Shown: positions 35,228-47,683, counted from the first letter of the stretch. The stretch: DNA of 64,000 nt from Macrostomum lignano (GCA_002269645.1 NIVC01002905.1:66616-130615), one strand, 5' to 3'. The notes: generated by a model not told the origin, from the letters alone. Made by a program: numbers and translations.

Positions 35228-36495
35228 GGCACCCACCAAGAGACAGGGGCGCCCAAAAAGAGACAGGGGTGCCCATCAAGATACAGGGGCACCCACCAAG
35301 AGAAAGTGGCGCCCATCGAGAGGCAGGGGTGCCCAATAAGAGACAGTAGCGCCCACCAAGAGACAGGGGCGCCCACCAAGAGACAGGGGCGCCCACCAAG
35401 ATACAGGGGCACCCAACAAGAGACAAGGGCACCCAACAAGAGACAGGGGCACCCAACAAGAGACAGGGGCGCCCATCAAGAGACAGGGGCGCCCAACAAG
35501 AGACAGCGGCGCCCAATAAGAGACAGGGGCGCCCAACAAGAGACAGGGGCACCCAACAAGAGACAGGGGCGCCCATCAAGTGACAGGGGCGCCCACCAAG
35601 ATACAGGGGCACCCAACAAGAGACAAGGGCACCCAACAAGAGACAGGGGCACCCAACAAGAGACAGGGGCGCCCATCAAGAGACAGGGGCGCCCAACAAG
35701 AGACAGCGGCGCCCAATAAGAGACAGGGGCGCCCAACAAGAGACAGGGGCACCCAACAAGAGACAGGGGCGCCCATCAAGAGACAGGGGCGCCCAACAAG
35801 AGACAGGGGCGCCCATCAAGAGACAGGGGCGCCCAACAAGAGACAGGGGCGCCTATCAAGAGACAGGGGCACCCAACAAGAGACAGGGGCGCCCATCAAA
35901 AGACAGGGGCACCCAACAAGAGACAGGGGCACCCAACAAGAGACAGGGGCGCCCATCAAGAGACAGGGGCGCCCAACAAGAGACAGGGGCGCCCAACAAG
36001 AGACAGGGGCGCCCACCAAGAGACAGGGGCACCCACCAAGAGACAGGGGCGCCCAACAAGAGACAGGGGCGCCCAACAAGACACAGGGGCACCCAACAAG
36101 AGACAGGGGCGTCCATCAAAAGACAGGGGCACCCAACAAGAGACAGGGGCGCCCAACAAGAGACAGGGGCACCCACCAAGAGACAGGTGCGCCCACCAAG
36201 AGACAGGGGCGCCCACCAAGAGACAGGGGTGCCCAAGAAGAGACAGGGGCGCCCAACAAGAGACAGGGGCGCCCAACAAGAGACAGGGGCGCCCACCAAG
36301 AGACAGGGGCGCCCAACAAGAGACAGGGGCGCCCAACAAGAGACAGGGGCGCCCACCAAGAGACAGGGGCGCCCACCAAGAGACAGGGGCGCCCACCAAG
36401 AGACAGGGGCGCCCAACAAGAGACAGGGGCGCCCAACAAGAGACAGGGGCGCCCAACAAGAGACAGGGGCGCCCACCAAGAGACAGGGGCGCCTA
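35228..36495 (+). repeat. 20-bp minisatellite with GGCGCC core (agacaggggcgcccaacaag), about 63 units
   Basis: Exact period of 20 is visible in the line register. Confidence 0.97.
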
Positions 36496-36510
36496 CTGCG
36501 AACGCCACTG
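36492..36510 (+). mobile_element. Putative right TIR of a hAT-like non-autonomous element (cctactgcgaacgccactg)
   Basis: Reverse complement CAGTGGCGTTCGCAGTAGG fits the hAT (C/T)ARNG terminal consensus and is 15/19 identical to 42324-42342. No TSD or partner end found. Confidence 0.45.
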
Positions 36511-37154
36511 ATCTGTGTGCTGACCGCCATTTCCCAGTGAAAACTTTAAAACAGACGAAAACCCGATTTCGAGTGCAGCGTCCCACATTTTCGGTATTCA
36601 TAGTTCTCTAAGTCAAAACAATAAACCCATTTAATATGCAGTGCTGGTAAACTACCAGGATCATTTTATAAAATCGCAATAATTCACATAAAAGCTTTAG
36701 TTTACATGTCACGAGCTTTAAACTAATAACTATATCTGTCGAAAATGAAGTTTTAATTATTCAAGACTTTTCATGGAATTGGGAGGCCTTTTTATATTTT
36801 CTGATATTCAACAAGCCTTTTCATTCTGCATGGTTAGAAAACGCTGACAAAGTTAATTAACGTTGACCTGCTGAAATATTATCTTGAAATGCAATATATC
36901 GTTATGCAGTTGACTCTCTACAGACTTTATCATCGAGTTCTCCTACAGCTTGGATGCTTAGAATTCAGGCATTGCTTTAGTAAAACATAATGTACTATTA
37001 TTAGCGTAATCTATCCGGTTTTAAAGTTTATAATATTCCACATAAACGTGATTGATTATTGTTATGATTCTATATTAAACTTATAAAACCTCTATAATTA
37101 AAAATGTTTATCGTAAGTATGGAGTAGTATGGAGTGATCAGAAACTATAATATA

Positions 37155-37890
37155 ATGTTTGAGTGAGATGAGTGTGGAGTGAAGTGGGTTTGGAGTGAGG
37201 TGGGGGAGGAGTGAGTTGGGTGTGGAGTGAGTTGGGTGTGGAGTGAGTTGGGTGAAAAGTGAGGTGGGTGCGGAGTGAGGTGGGTATGGAGTGAGTTGGG
37301 TGTCGAGTGAGGTGGGTATGGAGTGAGTTGGGTGTCGAGTAAGGTGGGTGCGGAGTGAGATGGGTGTGGAGTGAGGTGGGTGCGGAGTGAGGTGGGTGTG
37401 GAGTGAGGTGGGTGTGGAGTGAGGTGGGTGAGGAGTGAGGTGGGTGCGGAGTGAGGTGGGTATGGAGTGAGTTGGGTGTCGAGTGAGGTGGGTGCGGAGT
37501 GAGATGGGTGTGGAGTGAGGTGGGTGAGGAGTGAGGTGGGTGTGGAGTGAGGTGGGTGTGGAGTGAGGTGGGTGTGGAGTGAGGTGGGTGTGGAGTGAGG
37601 TGGGTGTGGAGTGAGGTGGGTGTGGAGTGAGGTGGGTGTGGAGTGAGGTGGGTGTGGAGTGGAGTGGGTGAGGAGTGAGGTGGGTGTGGAGTGAGGTGGG
37701 TGTGGAGTGGAGTGGGTGTGGAGTGAGGTGGGTGTGGAGTGAGGTGCTTGTGGAGTGAGGTGGGTGTGGAGTGAGGTGGGTGTGGAGTGAGGTGGGTGTG
37801 GAGTGAGGTGCGTGTGGAGTGAGGTGGGTGTGGAGTGAGGTGGGTGTGGAGTGAGGTGGGTGTGGAGTGAGGTGGGTGTGGAGTGAGGTG
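37155..37890 (+). repeat. G-rich 16-bp minisatellite (gagtgaggtgggtgtg)
   Basis: Same family as 28348-28554; it explains the PHPPHST ORFs on the minus strand. Confidence 0.96.
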
Positions 37891-39021
37891 AATTCGAAAT
37901 CGCAGAAGAATAATCTTCTGATCGCCATGGTAAGCGTGAATATTTTTACGCAATTAAAAAAGGCAAGCTCTGTTAATGCGCTCTGTTGTGGGTTGATGGC
38001 TTTGCCATAGACATTTTTGTTACGCGACTGCGTTTATGAATTGAACCATGCTATTGAGTTATGAAATAAATGATAGACGCGTCAGAGGTCAACAGACCGC
38101 TAGACTGACAATTGCTAAAGGCTAAAGCCAAAAGCACAACACGCTCAGCTAGAGTTCCGAAGTTTTTTTTCTGATTTTGATCCCTCCTGAATACACGGTT
38201 CTGAGGACAGCCACAATGAATCTCTAAAATGAAAATAAATATACTGTCAATGTATTATATTGAACCACAATAAATTATTCCTCTAAAATGAGCTTTAACA
38301 TAAAAAGTAGAAGTGGGAGCTGAATTCGATACTATGACCCCATTCACATATTTTAAGAGGCATTAAACAACCAAAAAAGAGCTTAGATGATTCTGAGTAA
38401 ATATTACCTCAAATTTAGAAGACATTTTACAAGATTGTGAACCATCAAAATATTAACAGCTAGCTAATAAACATTTGACGTATCAATTTGCAATTTTTGT
38501 ATCCTCTAATCGCAATTACATATGAAAGTGCATTATTTTCAAAATATTTAATGTAACAACTGCTACAAGAGTAGATTAAAATTTGGTGGACAAAGCACTG
38601 ACAAGGAAAGCGAAAATACTACAACAGATCGAAAACAAAACAAGTAACTATTGGTTGCTTTTTAGTGAAAACTGATGGACAGACAATATTGACAATTAAA
38701 AAGGAACAATCGCATATATGATTACAAAAAAATCAACTAAGTTAGTCTTCTATAACGCATGAGACTTCATAAGATCACCACTTACTTTTTTGGATGCCAA
38801 TTTTTATCCCAAGTACCTAGATTTGCCTTAGCTTATTTATCTTGTTCACGCGTTTGTCTCTCTGGTTGCTATAAGGTCTCTGTTGGTTACTTCCTGACAA
38901 TAATCTCAGCTCCTATAATTGCATGACTCGCTGTGATTAAAAACTTGCAAAACATCTACGAGCGTGTTAACAAAGACTCGCTACTCAAGTAGGACGGGTA
39001 ACCTCGAAAATTTTAGGAGGC

Positions 39022-40095
39022 AGACAGGGGCGCCAACCCAAGAGACAGGGGCGCCCACCCAAGAGACAGGGGCACCCACCCAAGAGACAGGGGCACCCAC
39101 CCAAGAGACAGGGGGCGCCCACCCAAGAGACAGGGGCGCCCACCCAAGAGACAGGGGCACCCACCCAAGAGACAGGGGCGCCAACCCAAGAGACAGGGGC
39201 GCCAAACCAAGAGACAGGGGCGCCAACCCAAGAGACAGGGGCGCCAACCCAAGAGACAGGGGCACCCACCCAAGAGACAGGGGCACCCACCCAAGAGACA
39301 GGGGGCGCCCACCCAAGAGACAGGGGCGCCAACCCAAGAGACAGGGGCACCCACCCAAGAGACAGGGGCACCCACCCAAGAGACAGGGGGCGCCCACCCA
39401 AGAGACAGGGGCGCCAACCCAAGAGACAGGGGCACCCACCCAAGAGACAGGGGCACCCACCCAAGAGACAGGGGCGCCAACCCAAGAGACAGGGGCGCCC
39501 ACCCAAGAGACAGGGGCGCCCACCCAAGAGACAGGGGCGCCAACCCAAGAGACAGGGGCGCCCACCCAAGAGACAGGGGGCGCCCACCCAAGAGACAGGG
39601 GCGCCCACCCAAGAGACAGGGGCACCCACCCAAGAGACAGGGGCACCCACCCAAGAGACAGGGGGGCCAACCCAAGAGACAGGGGCGCCCACCCAAGAGA
39701 CAGGGGCGCCCACCCAAGAGACAGGGGCGCCCACCAAGAGACAGGGGCGCCAACCCAAGAGACAGGGGCGCCAACCCAAGAGACAGGGGCGCCCACCCAA
39801 GAGACAGGGGCGCCCACCCAAGAGACAGGGGCGCCCACCCAAGAGACAGGGGCGCCCACCCAAGAGACAGGGGCGCCCACCCAAGAGACAGGGGCGCCCA
39901 CCCAAGAGACAGGGGTGCCCACCCAAGAGACAGGGGCGCCCACCCAAGAGACAGGGGCGCCTACCCAAGAGACAGGGGCGCCCACCCAAGAGACAGGGGC
40001 GCCCACCCAAGAGACAGGGGCGCCCACCCAAGATACAGGGGCGCCTACCCAAGAGACAGGGGCGCCCACCCAAGAGACAGGGGCGCCTACCAAGA
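39022..40095 (+). repeat. 21-bp minisatellite with GGCGCC core (gagacaggggcgcccacccaa)
   Basis: 7-aa periodic ORF (GAPTQET); a 1-nt-longer relative of the 35228 array. Confidence 0.97.
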
Positions 40096-40549
40096 CAACA
40101 ATTTCAGGAGGCAGATTTTTCGACAAAATACACTATAGGAAGTTTTCATTTTTCAGCACAAAATTTGTTACTGCTTTCGATAGGAGGCAGACCCAAAGTT
40201 CATCTTTTGATATGCTGTGCCTTTCTTATAGCTCTATTGATATTCATAAAGCGTTTGGTCTAGAAAATTAGAAATCTACGTCAATTTTTCATTCCGCGTA
40301 CAATTTCATATCTCTTGTGCATGAAAACCATTAAAATGGCACGACTTGGCTCATTAGTTTTAGAAATCTATTTTATCATTCTTAGCTGACTGTTTAACAA
40401 TATGTGTAACAGAAATGATAAAATAGATTCATAAAACCAATGATCCGAGCTGTGCCATGCATTTTTATGATTTTTAAGCACAGGGAATGTACATAGAATA
40501 AAAAATTATCACGGAAGGCTTAGTGTTATGCTATATCAACTAATCTCAA

Positions 40550-41878
40550 TTAGAAACACCTGCTGGTGATCTCAGTGGTCTCCGCACTCTCTTCTAAACT
40601 GCTCTCGTTCTTGAGTCGAACTGAGACAGTCGACTCGCACTGCAGCTGCAGCTGCTCATGCTCAACTTTCTGTGGTCGTTCGTCACCGCTGCGCAAAGAG
40701 ACGCTGGTCTTGGGCAGGCGTTCGAGTCGCAGGCAGTTAATGGAGGACAGTCTGTCCCGGTACAGCAGCTGCTGTCTCTGCCGACGCTGCTGCAGCTGCT
40801 GCTGCCGTTTGAGTCGTGTCGGACAGCAGATTCGGCAGAATATGTTCGCAAGATCGCCTCGGAACTTATTGGAAGAAGCGGCATAGACAAAGAAATTCAG
40901 CAGGGAATCCGTCACGAGAAGGACGTTGGTGACGCTGTCGGGATGGATTGGCAGCTTCTCGGGCAGGTCCGGGTTGTGCTGCAGGATGGTTGTTGAGATA
41001 AATGTCGGTATCTCGAAGATGCAGAACAGAATGGCCAGGCCCAGGACCATTTGGCTGGCTCGCAACGACGACAACGGGCCGCTGTCAGAGCCGCCGCAGC
41101 CGCCGCAGCTTCGCCGAGTGGTATCGGCTCGTTCAAGTCGATTCTTGCGAATACGAAGCCACATAGTGATGGTGGGAAATGGGATCAGAACAGTGGGGAT
41201 CAGAGCCTGGAATACGTAGATCGCCCAGGGCACCAGGTCCATCTGCAGGTAGGGCCGCATGACAATCACTGTGTCGCCTGGGGATTTCTCTGGCGCCAGA
41301 ACCGCCGCGTCGTTCTCAAACGACAGCAACTCATCGGAGTTGGTGCAGAGCACGCCCAGACCGCCTAGGTGGGCCAGCAGGGCCAAGGCCAGGGCTGTGC
41401 AAATCACCAGCGCAAAGGCGATCGCCAGGCGAAACCGGTTGAAAAACAGGAACCTCCTGGAGGCCAACGGTCGGACGATAACTTCGCAACGGGCCGCGCT
41501 GATTAGCAGGACGTTCCAATTGCGAATGGACACCAGGGCGTTGATTGCGAGGTGCGTGACGGTGGTGAACACGTAGGTGAACGCGCTGTGCCAGTGCTCA
41601 AAGTTGCTCAACACGATGCCAGTCTCGGTGAGCAGGGCGCACTGCAGGCAAATCTCCGTGCTAGAAATTGACAGTAGCGAAAACCTGACCGCTCGATTGT
41701 CGAACTTCTGCCGCGAGAAGACGAACAGGGAGAGCGAATTTGCCAGCAGAGCGATTAGGGCTATCGGTAGGATGACCAAACAGTTGAGTCGTTCGGTCAG
41801 AACGTAGCTGTGATCGTGCAGATCCAAGGTCTGGTTGATCTCGTCCGGTTTGCAGCTGTCCCTGATGAAGTGCAGCAT
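40550..41878 (-). CDS. Class A (rhodopsin-like) 7TM GPCR, FMRFamide/peptide-receptor-like orphan, 442 aa, CDS without introns
   Basis: Seven hydrophobic segments. TM1 LANSL, TM3 end AARCEVIVRPL (DRY-like), TM6 FCIFEIP, TM7 DSLLNFFVY, N-terminal NQT sequon. True ATG at 41878 (the track start at 41893 is TTG), preceded by the acceptor-like ttttgtgtttatccag. Confidence 0.88.
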   Translation of the reverse strand: MLHFIRDSCKPDEINQTLDLHDHSYVLTERLNCLVILPIALIALLANSLSLFVFSRQKFDNRAVRFSLLSISSTEICLQCALLTETGIVLSNFEHWHSAFTYVFTTVTHLAINALVSIRNWNVLLISAARCEVIVRPLASRRFLFFNRFRLAIAFALVICTALALALLAHLGGLGVLCTNSDELLSFENDAAVLAPEKSPGDTVIVMRPYLQMDLVPWAIYVFQALIPTVLIPFPTITMWLRIRKNRLERADTTRRSCGGCGGSDSGPLSSLRASQMVLGLAILFCIFEIPTFISTTILQHNPDLPEKLPIHPDSVTNVLLVTDSLLNFFVYAASSNKFRGDLANIFCRICCPTRLKRQQQLQQRRQRQQLLYRDRLSSINCLRLERLPKTSVSLRSGDERPQKVEHEQLQLQCESTVSVRLKNESSLEESAETTEITSRCF

Positions 41879-42323
41879 GCTGGATAAACACAAAACAGTG
41901 TGCTAACTAGTTAGCCATGTTACTTGTTAGATAGATACATATGTTTTTTAATAAATGAAACAAAAGCAAAACGATATCTAGAGCGGGGATTAAAGCAAGT
42001 CTTTCGTCTTGTTCCGAGAATTCTTCACCTGTAGGATATTCATAATTTACCGGGGGGGGGGTTGTGCCTTTGTGTCCTTTCATCCACAGTTCCCTAGATA
42101 ATAGCATGTAATTTACTATCTATTCTGCTCCTTTGAGCAACCAACAAGCACCGTTATCAGATGAAGCAGTGTGCCGGACACCTGCCCAAGAACAAAGCAT
42201 GGAGAGAAACATTTTGGTCGTGTATGTATATTTTAGCAACGAGTTTTAGCAAAAACAAGTCGCTGCGAAGTGCACTGCAAAGAGTATTTGTATGAATTCG
42301 CATACAAACAGATGCGCAGAACG

Positions 42324-42342
42324 CAGTGGTGTACACAGAAGG
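42324..42342 (+). mobile_element. Putative left TIR of the same hAT-like family (cagtggtgtacacagaagg)
   Basis: Lies immediately before a 21-mer array; 15/19 match to the reverse complement of 36492-36510. Confidence 0.4.
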
Positions 42343-42354
42343 GGCAGGGAACCC

Positions 42355-42512
42355 GCCATGAGACAGGGGCGCCCACCAAGAGACAGGGGCGCCCACCCAA
42401 GAGACAGGGGCGCCCACCCAAGAGACAGGGGCGCCCACCCAAGAGACAGGGGCGCCAACCCAAGAGACAGGGGCGCCCACCCAAGAGACAGAGGCGCCCA
42501 CCATGAGACAGG
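42355..42512 (+). repeat. Short 21-bp GGCGCC-core array, about 7 units
   Basis: Same unit as 39022-40095. Confidence 0.93.
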
Positions 42513-42971
42513 ATTGCAAGGGCCTCTTAGGAATTGGCGCTCCTCTAATTAAAACGTCTTGGCTCTAGAATCGTCAAAAATTTTCATCCTCAAAGTTGTG
42601 ACAAGAGCAAAATCACGAGCTAGATTCAGATACTAATAAAGTTATTTGTGCTGTATAATCGCTCTTCAACGTTTTGCTTACGTGTTTCGAATTGACGGAG
42701 ACTTTGAACTGGTCAAATATTAGTTCAACTTGAATCGCTTTGGCCGGGTTTATTGTCGACTTCTGAAGGTTGAAATCTACTGCGGACTTGATCTACTGTA
42801 TTATTAGCCAAATTTGAGCAGCTCTCCTTGCGTCGGGTCAAAATAGCGTCGAAAAATGGGGTGGGCAGGGCGCCAGACAGGAGGAGGTGGGAATATGAGG
42901 GTCGAGCAGAAGCCTATCCAGCTAGTTGGGCCGCCAATGCGAATTCTAACAGCCAATCCAAATGCTTGTAG

Positions 42972-43830
<859 letters not shown>

Positions 43831-45124
43831 AATGTTCTTCTTGACCAACTCATGATAATTACTCGATTAATTGAATTGCAGTTTTCCTACGTGAAATCAT
43901 CACGCAGTAGAAATTTGTGGCTGCACTGGAAGAAAAGCTCACTAAGTAAATTAGGTTAAGCACAGTAGAAGTGAACGTGTTTGGGAATTAGGAATACCTA
44001 AAGGAAAGTATACCATTATTTTTGTGATGCACTACTCTAGTATTTAGATTGTAGCGTAACAGAACAAATGACTGGGAAAATGAAGATCGATGACGATATT
44101 TCTCGATCGATATTTCGATGAGAACTTCTTCAAATGCGTTCTGCTACAACTATTTTTTCAGTTTTCATAACATTGTCTACTCTTTTGATCAAACAACCTA
44201 CTCATTTGCCTTGCTCCCTGTAAGATACTCATACTTCACGTTCATTTGCAAGTACACTTTGCCCTCTGCCCAGTATGTACACTGATAAGCTATACTGAAT
44301 CGCATGCACACTTTGCCCTCTGCCCAGTGTGTACACCCTGCGTGAGCGTGTGAGCATGTGCACGTGCTAATTAGGAGTCAGTGGAATGGGCAGAATTGCC
44401 GTCAGCTCTGGTTGTGGGACGATGTCGCCGAAGACGTTGCGTCAGAGGTTCTGCAGCCGTCCTGCAATTATTATTATTAATTCACATGTACATGTCAACC
44501 AGCTCTCGCCGTTCTGGCCGATCATATGGTAGAAGCGGCATTTCTAGCAAGGCACAAGAAACAGATGAATTGAGTGAGTGAAACATAAAAAATCCCATCG
44601 GATTAACTTATTAAATCCCTGACTGTCTCTCTGGCGCAAATATCGCATTATAAATCTTGAGCAGCTGCTATTCGGGAGGACAAACCAAGTTCGAAGCTCT
44701 GGAAAACTTCGATGTTATCCAGCGAGTCAGATGAAAATAGATTAGAATTTAATTAATTTACCCGCTCTGTGAGTTTATATATTGTTTTTCTGTCCCGCAG
44801 TGACAAAAACAACATTGAGCCACAAATCAGTTTTGTTCTTTTCGAGATTCACCGACTCGTTAAAATTTCAAAGTAAAACGAAAACAGGCCCGCCTTGCCA
44901 TCAATTTGCTGTGCAGTTTTCATGCAGACAGGCAAATCTGTGATGCTGCATCTAATTTCGTAAAGTCTGACAACTTTTTCTGAGAGACATCTGCTCCGTT
45001 AACGAAATGGCAGTTTTTTTTCCTAGAAAGCTGGACAGAAGATATCTAAGATATAAAAATTAATATTTGCCTGAATGTTGTAGGCACCCTGGCACCTCAT
45101 CGTCCCCACAATTTTACCTATTCC

Positions 45125-45520
45125 AAAAACAACAACAACAACAAAATACGCGGCCCCGCATGCAAAGTCACAGTTAGAGCAGGGCGCGTCAGATGGCCTG
45201 AGAGCGGACGAAGTCCGTTGGCAGTGTCGCGCGCCCCAGCGTCGCATAGCAGGCAGTCCATGTATCGACAGGTTCGGGCTTGACCCTGTTTGAACGGGCC
45301 TGCAAGGTGAGCAGCAGGACGACCTGAACGGGTTGGGGAAAGTAGCCTTCGGCCCGCATCACGTGACCCGCCAGTTGAAGTCGCCGCCTGTGCAGGATGA
45401 ACCTCGGTCCCGACGCTCTCGTCAGCTCGAAAGGCCGCACTGATCAGCCCTGAGTCCAGCTACAGCTCCAGCGAAGCCGCGTCAGTGTCCACGTCTAAGC
45501 CCCGCTGACTCCTGATAATG
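45125..45520 (-). mobile_element. Decayed 5'-truncated non-LTR retrotransposon (RTE-like), C-terminal post-RT region plus (TTG)n tail
   Basis: Minus-strand frames with stops and frameshifts give GA*TWTLT, LDSGLISAAFRADES, RRRLQLAGHVMRAE and GPFKQGQARTCRYMDCL. TWTLT and RRL.LAGH are typical of RTE ORF ends. The element ends in a ttg repeat at 45125-45146. Confidence 0.75.
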
Positions 45521-46504
45521 CATCCAGACGCGCACTCATACACACGCTCTTACAGGGTGCAGGCATTCATACTGTCTGCGCCTTGAGGGTTGGTCCTCAT
45601 GGCTGTTAATCGGACGACAACCCTCCTCACAGGTCAATTTTCGCGCCCACAAGTCCCAAATGAATTTGGCCGTTTATGGAATTGAACCAGGGGTCTGCTA
45701 CCCTGATGAATTTAGTAAAGCTAAAAATATTGCACAAAAAGTAGCGCCCTCAAAAGTAAGTTCGTTTAAATAGTTTTTTTTGTATACCTAATCTCACTTT
45801 TCAGCTTGTATTTTAAACGGCTATTTATTGCAGTAAATATCAGGCCATACATTGGTCTAAAGACTGCCTCTAAGTATTCAGGTTAAACAGAGGCTCTACA
45901 AAGCAGAGCTTGTAATGGCCTCTTTGGCCATTGTGCTGCACCTGAATCGACTTGATTGTGCCCAAACTCCTACTGAATGGCATGCATACTAGTGAAATGT
46001 AAGACACAACCTAGGTAACCCACCCACCAGTCCTCGGAGTGCCCCCCAGCTCGCACAGATCAAAGGCTCGATTAGCTAGCTGTATCATATGAGCTGTATT
46101 TCTCCGTCCCTCTCGCCGTGTGTGAATTTTGTTTTTTAGTGTCCATTTATTTTTATAGCTATTCAAACAACGATTGTCTTCAACTGTAGAGGTATGTATA
46201 TATATAGAGATTGTTAACAAAAAGGTCGACGAAGAAAAAAGCTGGGGTTGGATGTAGAGGCAGTAAAAGTTGATATAGCTATATCTGATTCGTTTGCAAT
46301 AGCGGGGTAGAGGCTGAATAGCGAGAGAAAGCTATGGCTCAAGCGCCAACGCTGACAGACAAGATGTCGCACCGCGGTGCGCTCTCATTTAAATGCCAAG
46401 GGTGGGTAATAAAACATTTGAGTTCATTGTTTTTTAAGCTTTTTATGTTTTGATGCTTTGATGCTTCCGACCCTTTCCCACCGCCCCGGCACTCATTGCG
46501 GGCA

Positions 46505-46510
46505 TATAAA
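46505..46510 (+). promoter_or_regulatory. Candidate TATA box for the orphan gene
   Basis: TATAAA about 55 nt upstream of the ATG at 46562. Confidence 0.35.
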
Positions 46511-46561
46511 TGTGAATTATTTGAGTAGCCACAGGTATCGCGCGTCGACTGCATTTCTGCA

Positions 46562-46892
46562 ATGAACACGGACGAGCAGCATCCAGCATTTGATGTCTCC
46601 TATGTCAGGTCGAAAATCTGGGCGCCAGTCTGTGTGGACATTGTCCGACACGAGCGCACGGTCGATCTGGACATCAGGCGGCATCCGCTGTACGCCCGAC
46701 GTCCTGATCTGTTGCGACGAACCGGTCCGAAGCATCTACCGGGCGCCGGTAGCACCTGGGTGAGCGAATGGCTTCAACAGCGGTTTGAGAAGCCGAAAAT
46801 GAGCGAACCGAAGCTGGCTAACCGGCCGAAGTCTGAGCTGCCCCCGTGCACACCTGGACGAGTTATAAAGCAGAGTCAACAGTCAGGAAGAG
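46562..46892 (+). CDS. Orphan gene, exon 1 (110 aa)
   Basis: GC-rich ORF from MNTDEQHPAFDVSYVRSKIW. Donor g|gtatgg at 46893 (phase 1) is followed by an AT-rich intron. Confidence 0.65.
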
Positions 46893-47132
46893 GTATGGTA
46901 GGCTTTACTTTGTACAGACGATGCACTTGATGTCTTAGATTGTACAAAGTGCTGCAAGGTGAACACATCAACTGAGGCCCAGTTTAGACCACACACGACT
47001 TAGTACGTAAATTTTACGCAACTTTTGTACGAGCTACATGAATTGTTTTTCTTGATGTCCCAACTTGTTTAACTCACTCAGAATGAGTAGAAAAATGTTA
47101 TAGAATGTTTTTATGTATTTTTTAAACAACAG

Positions 47133-47683
47133 GGAAGCAGAAGAGTCAGCAGCAGCAGCACTATCCTGAGGAAGATCTCAACCATGACAACTGCAGCCTC
47201 GATGATTCCTGCTGCGAGGACTGCTGCTTCTGCTGCCCCGGCCGACGACGGGGTGGGCAAGCCGGGCGTCAACTTGTTCAGCCACTCGCTGCAGACAATA
47301 GATCAGCTACCAGCGTGGCTCTGCCGCTTCCCCAGCTGTCGCTGCTTGGAGACTCCAACAAGCAATTGTCGCTGTCGTTCGACAGTCGACCTAGAGCGAA
47401 GTCGTCGGCTGCGGATCTGACGCGTCTGCCAACGACATTCCGAACTGAAGCTTCGGCTACCTGCTTGACCAGTGCGTCTCAGCTGACCCTGCTCAGCTGC
47501 AGGTCCGAACTGTCAGAGTGCGACCGACAGCAAGAGCTGACGGATCGTCTGGAGCGCAGTAAAAGACAAGAAGCGGTGCGGGAAGAGTCCAGAAGTCGGC
47601 GAGTGACTCTGCAGCTGGATGAAGGAGTCTACGAAAGCCGAGACAGCTTCAAGATTAAAGAAGGTAGACCGCCAGTTTATTGA
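47133..47683 (+). CDS. Orphan gene, exon 2 (joined ORF 293 aa; may instead splice out at 47664)
   Basis: Acceptor tttaaacaacag at 47132. The phase-1 join stays open through GKQKSQQQQH...CCEDCCFCCP... and into track ORF 47315-47683. Confidence 0.65.

Noticed and set aside
37155-37890. G-rich 16-mer as interstitial telomere
   Set aside because: The unit is gagtgaggtgggtgtg, not TTAGGG or a known telomeric variant.
40566-41891. Plus-strand and alternate-frame ORFs over the GPCR
   Set aside because: They are shadow ORFs of a GC-rich CDS; only the 442-aa minus frame has 7TM structure.
45676-45745. Minus-strand B-box (ggttcaattcc) next to the RTE fragment, a possible tRNA/SINE head; also ctgatga at 45702
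   Set aside because: The A-box is poor, there is no cloverleaf, and there is no GAAA core. One such 11-mer is expected by chance in this much unique sequence.
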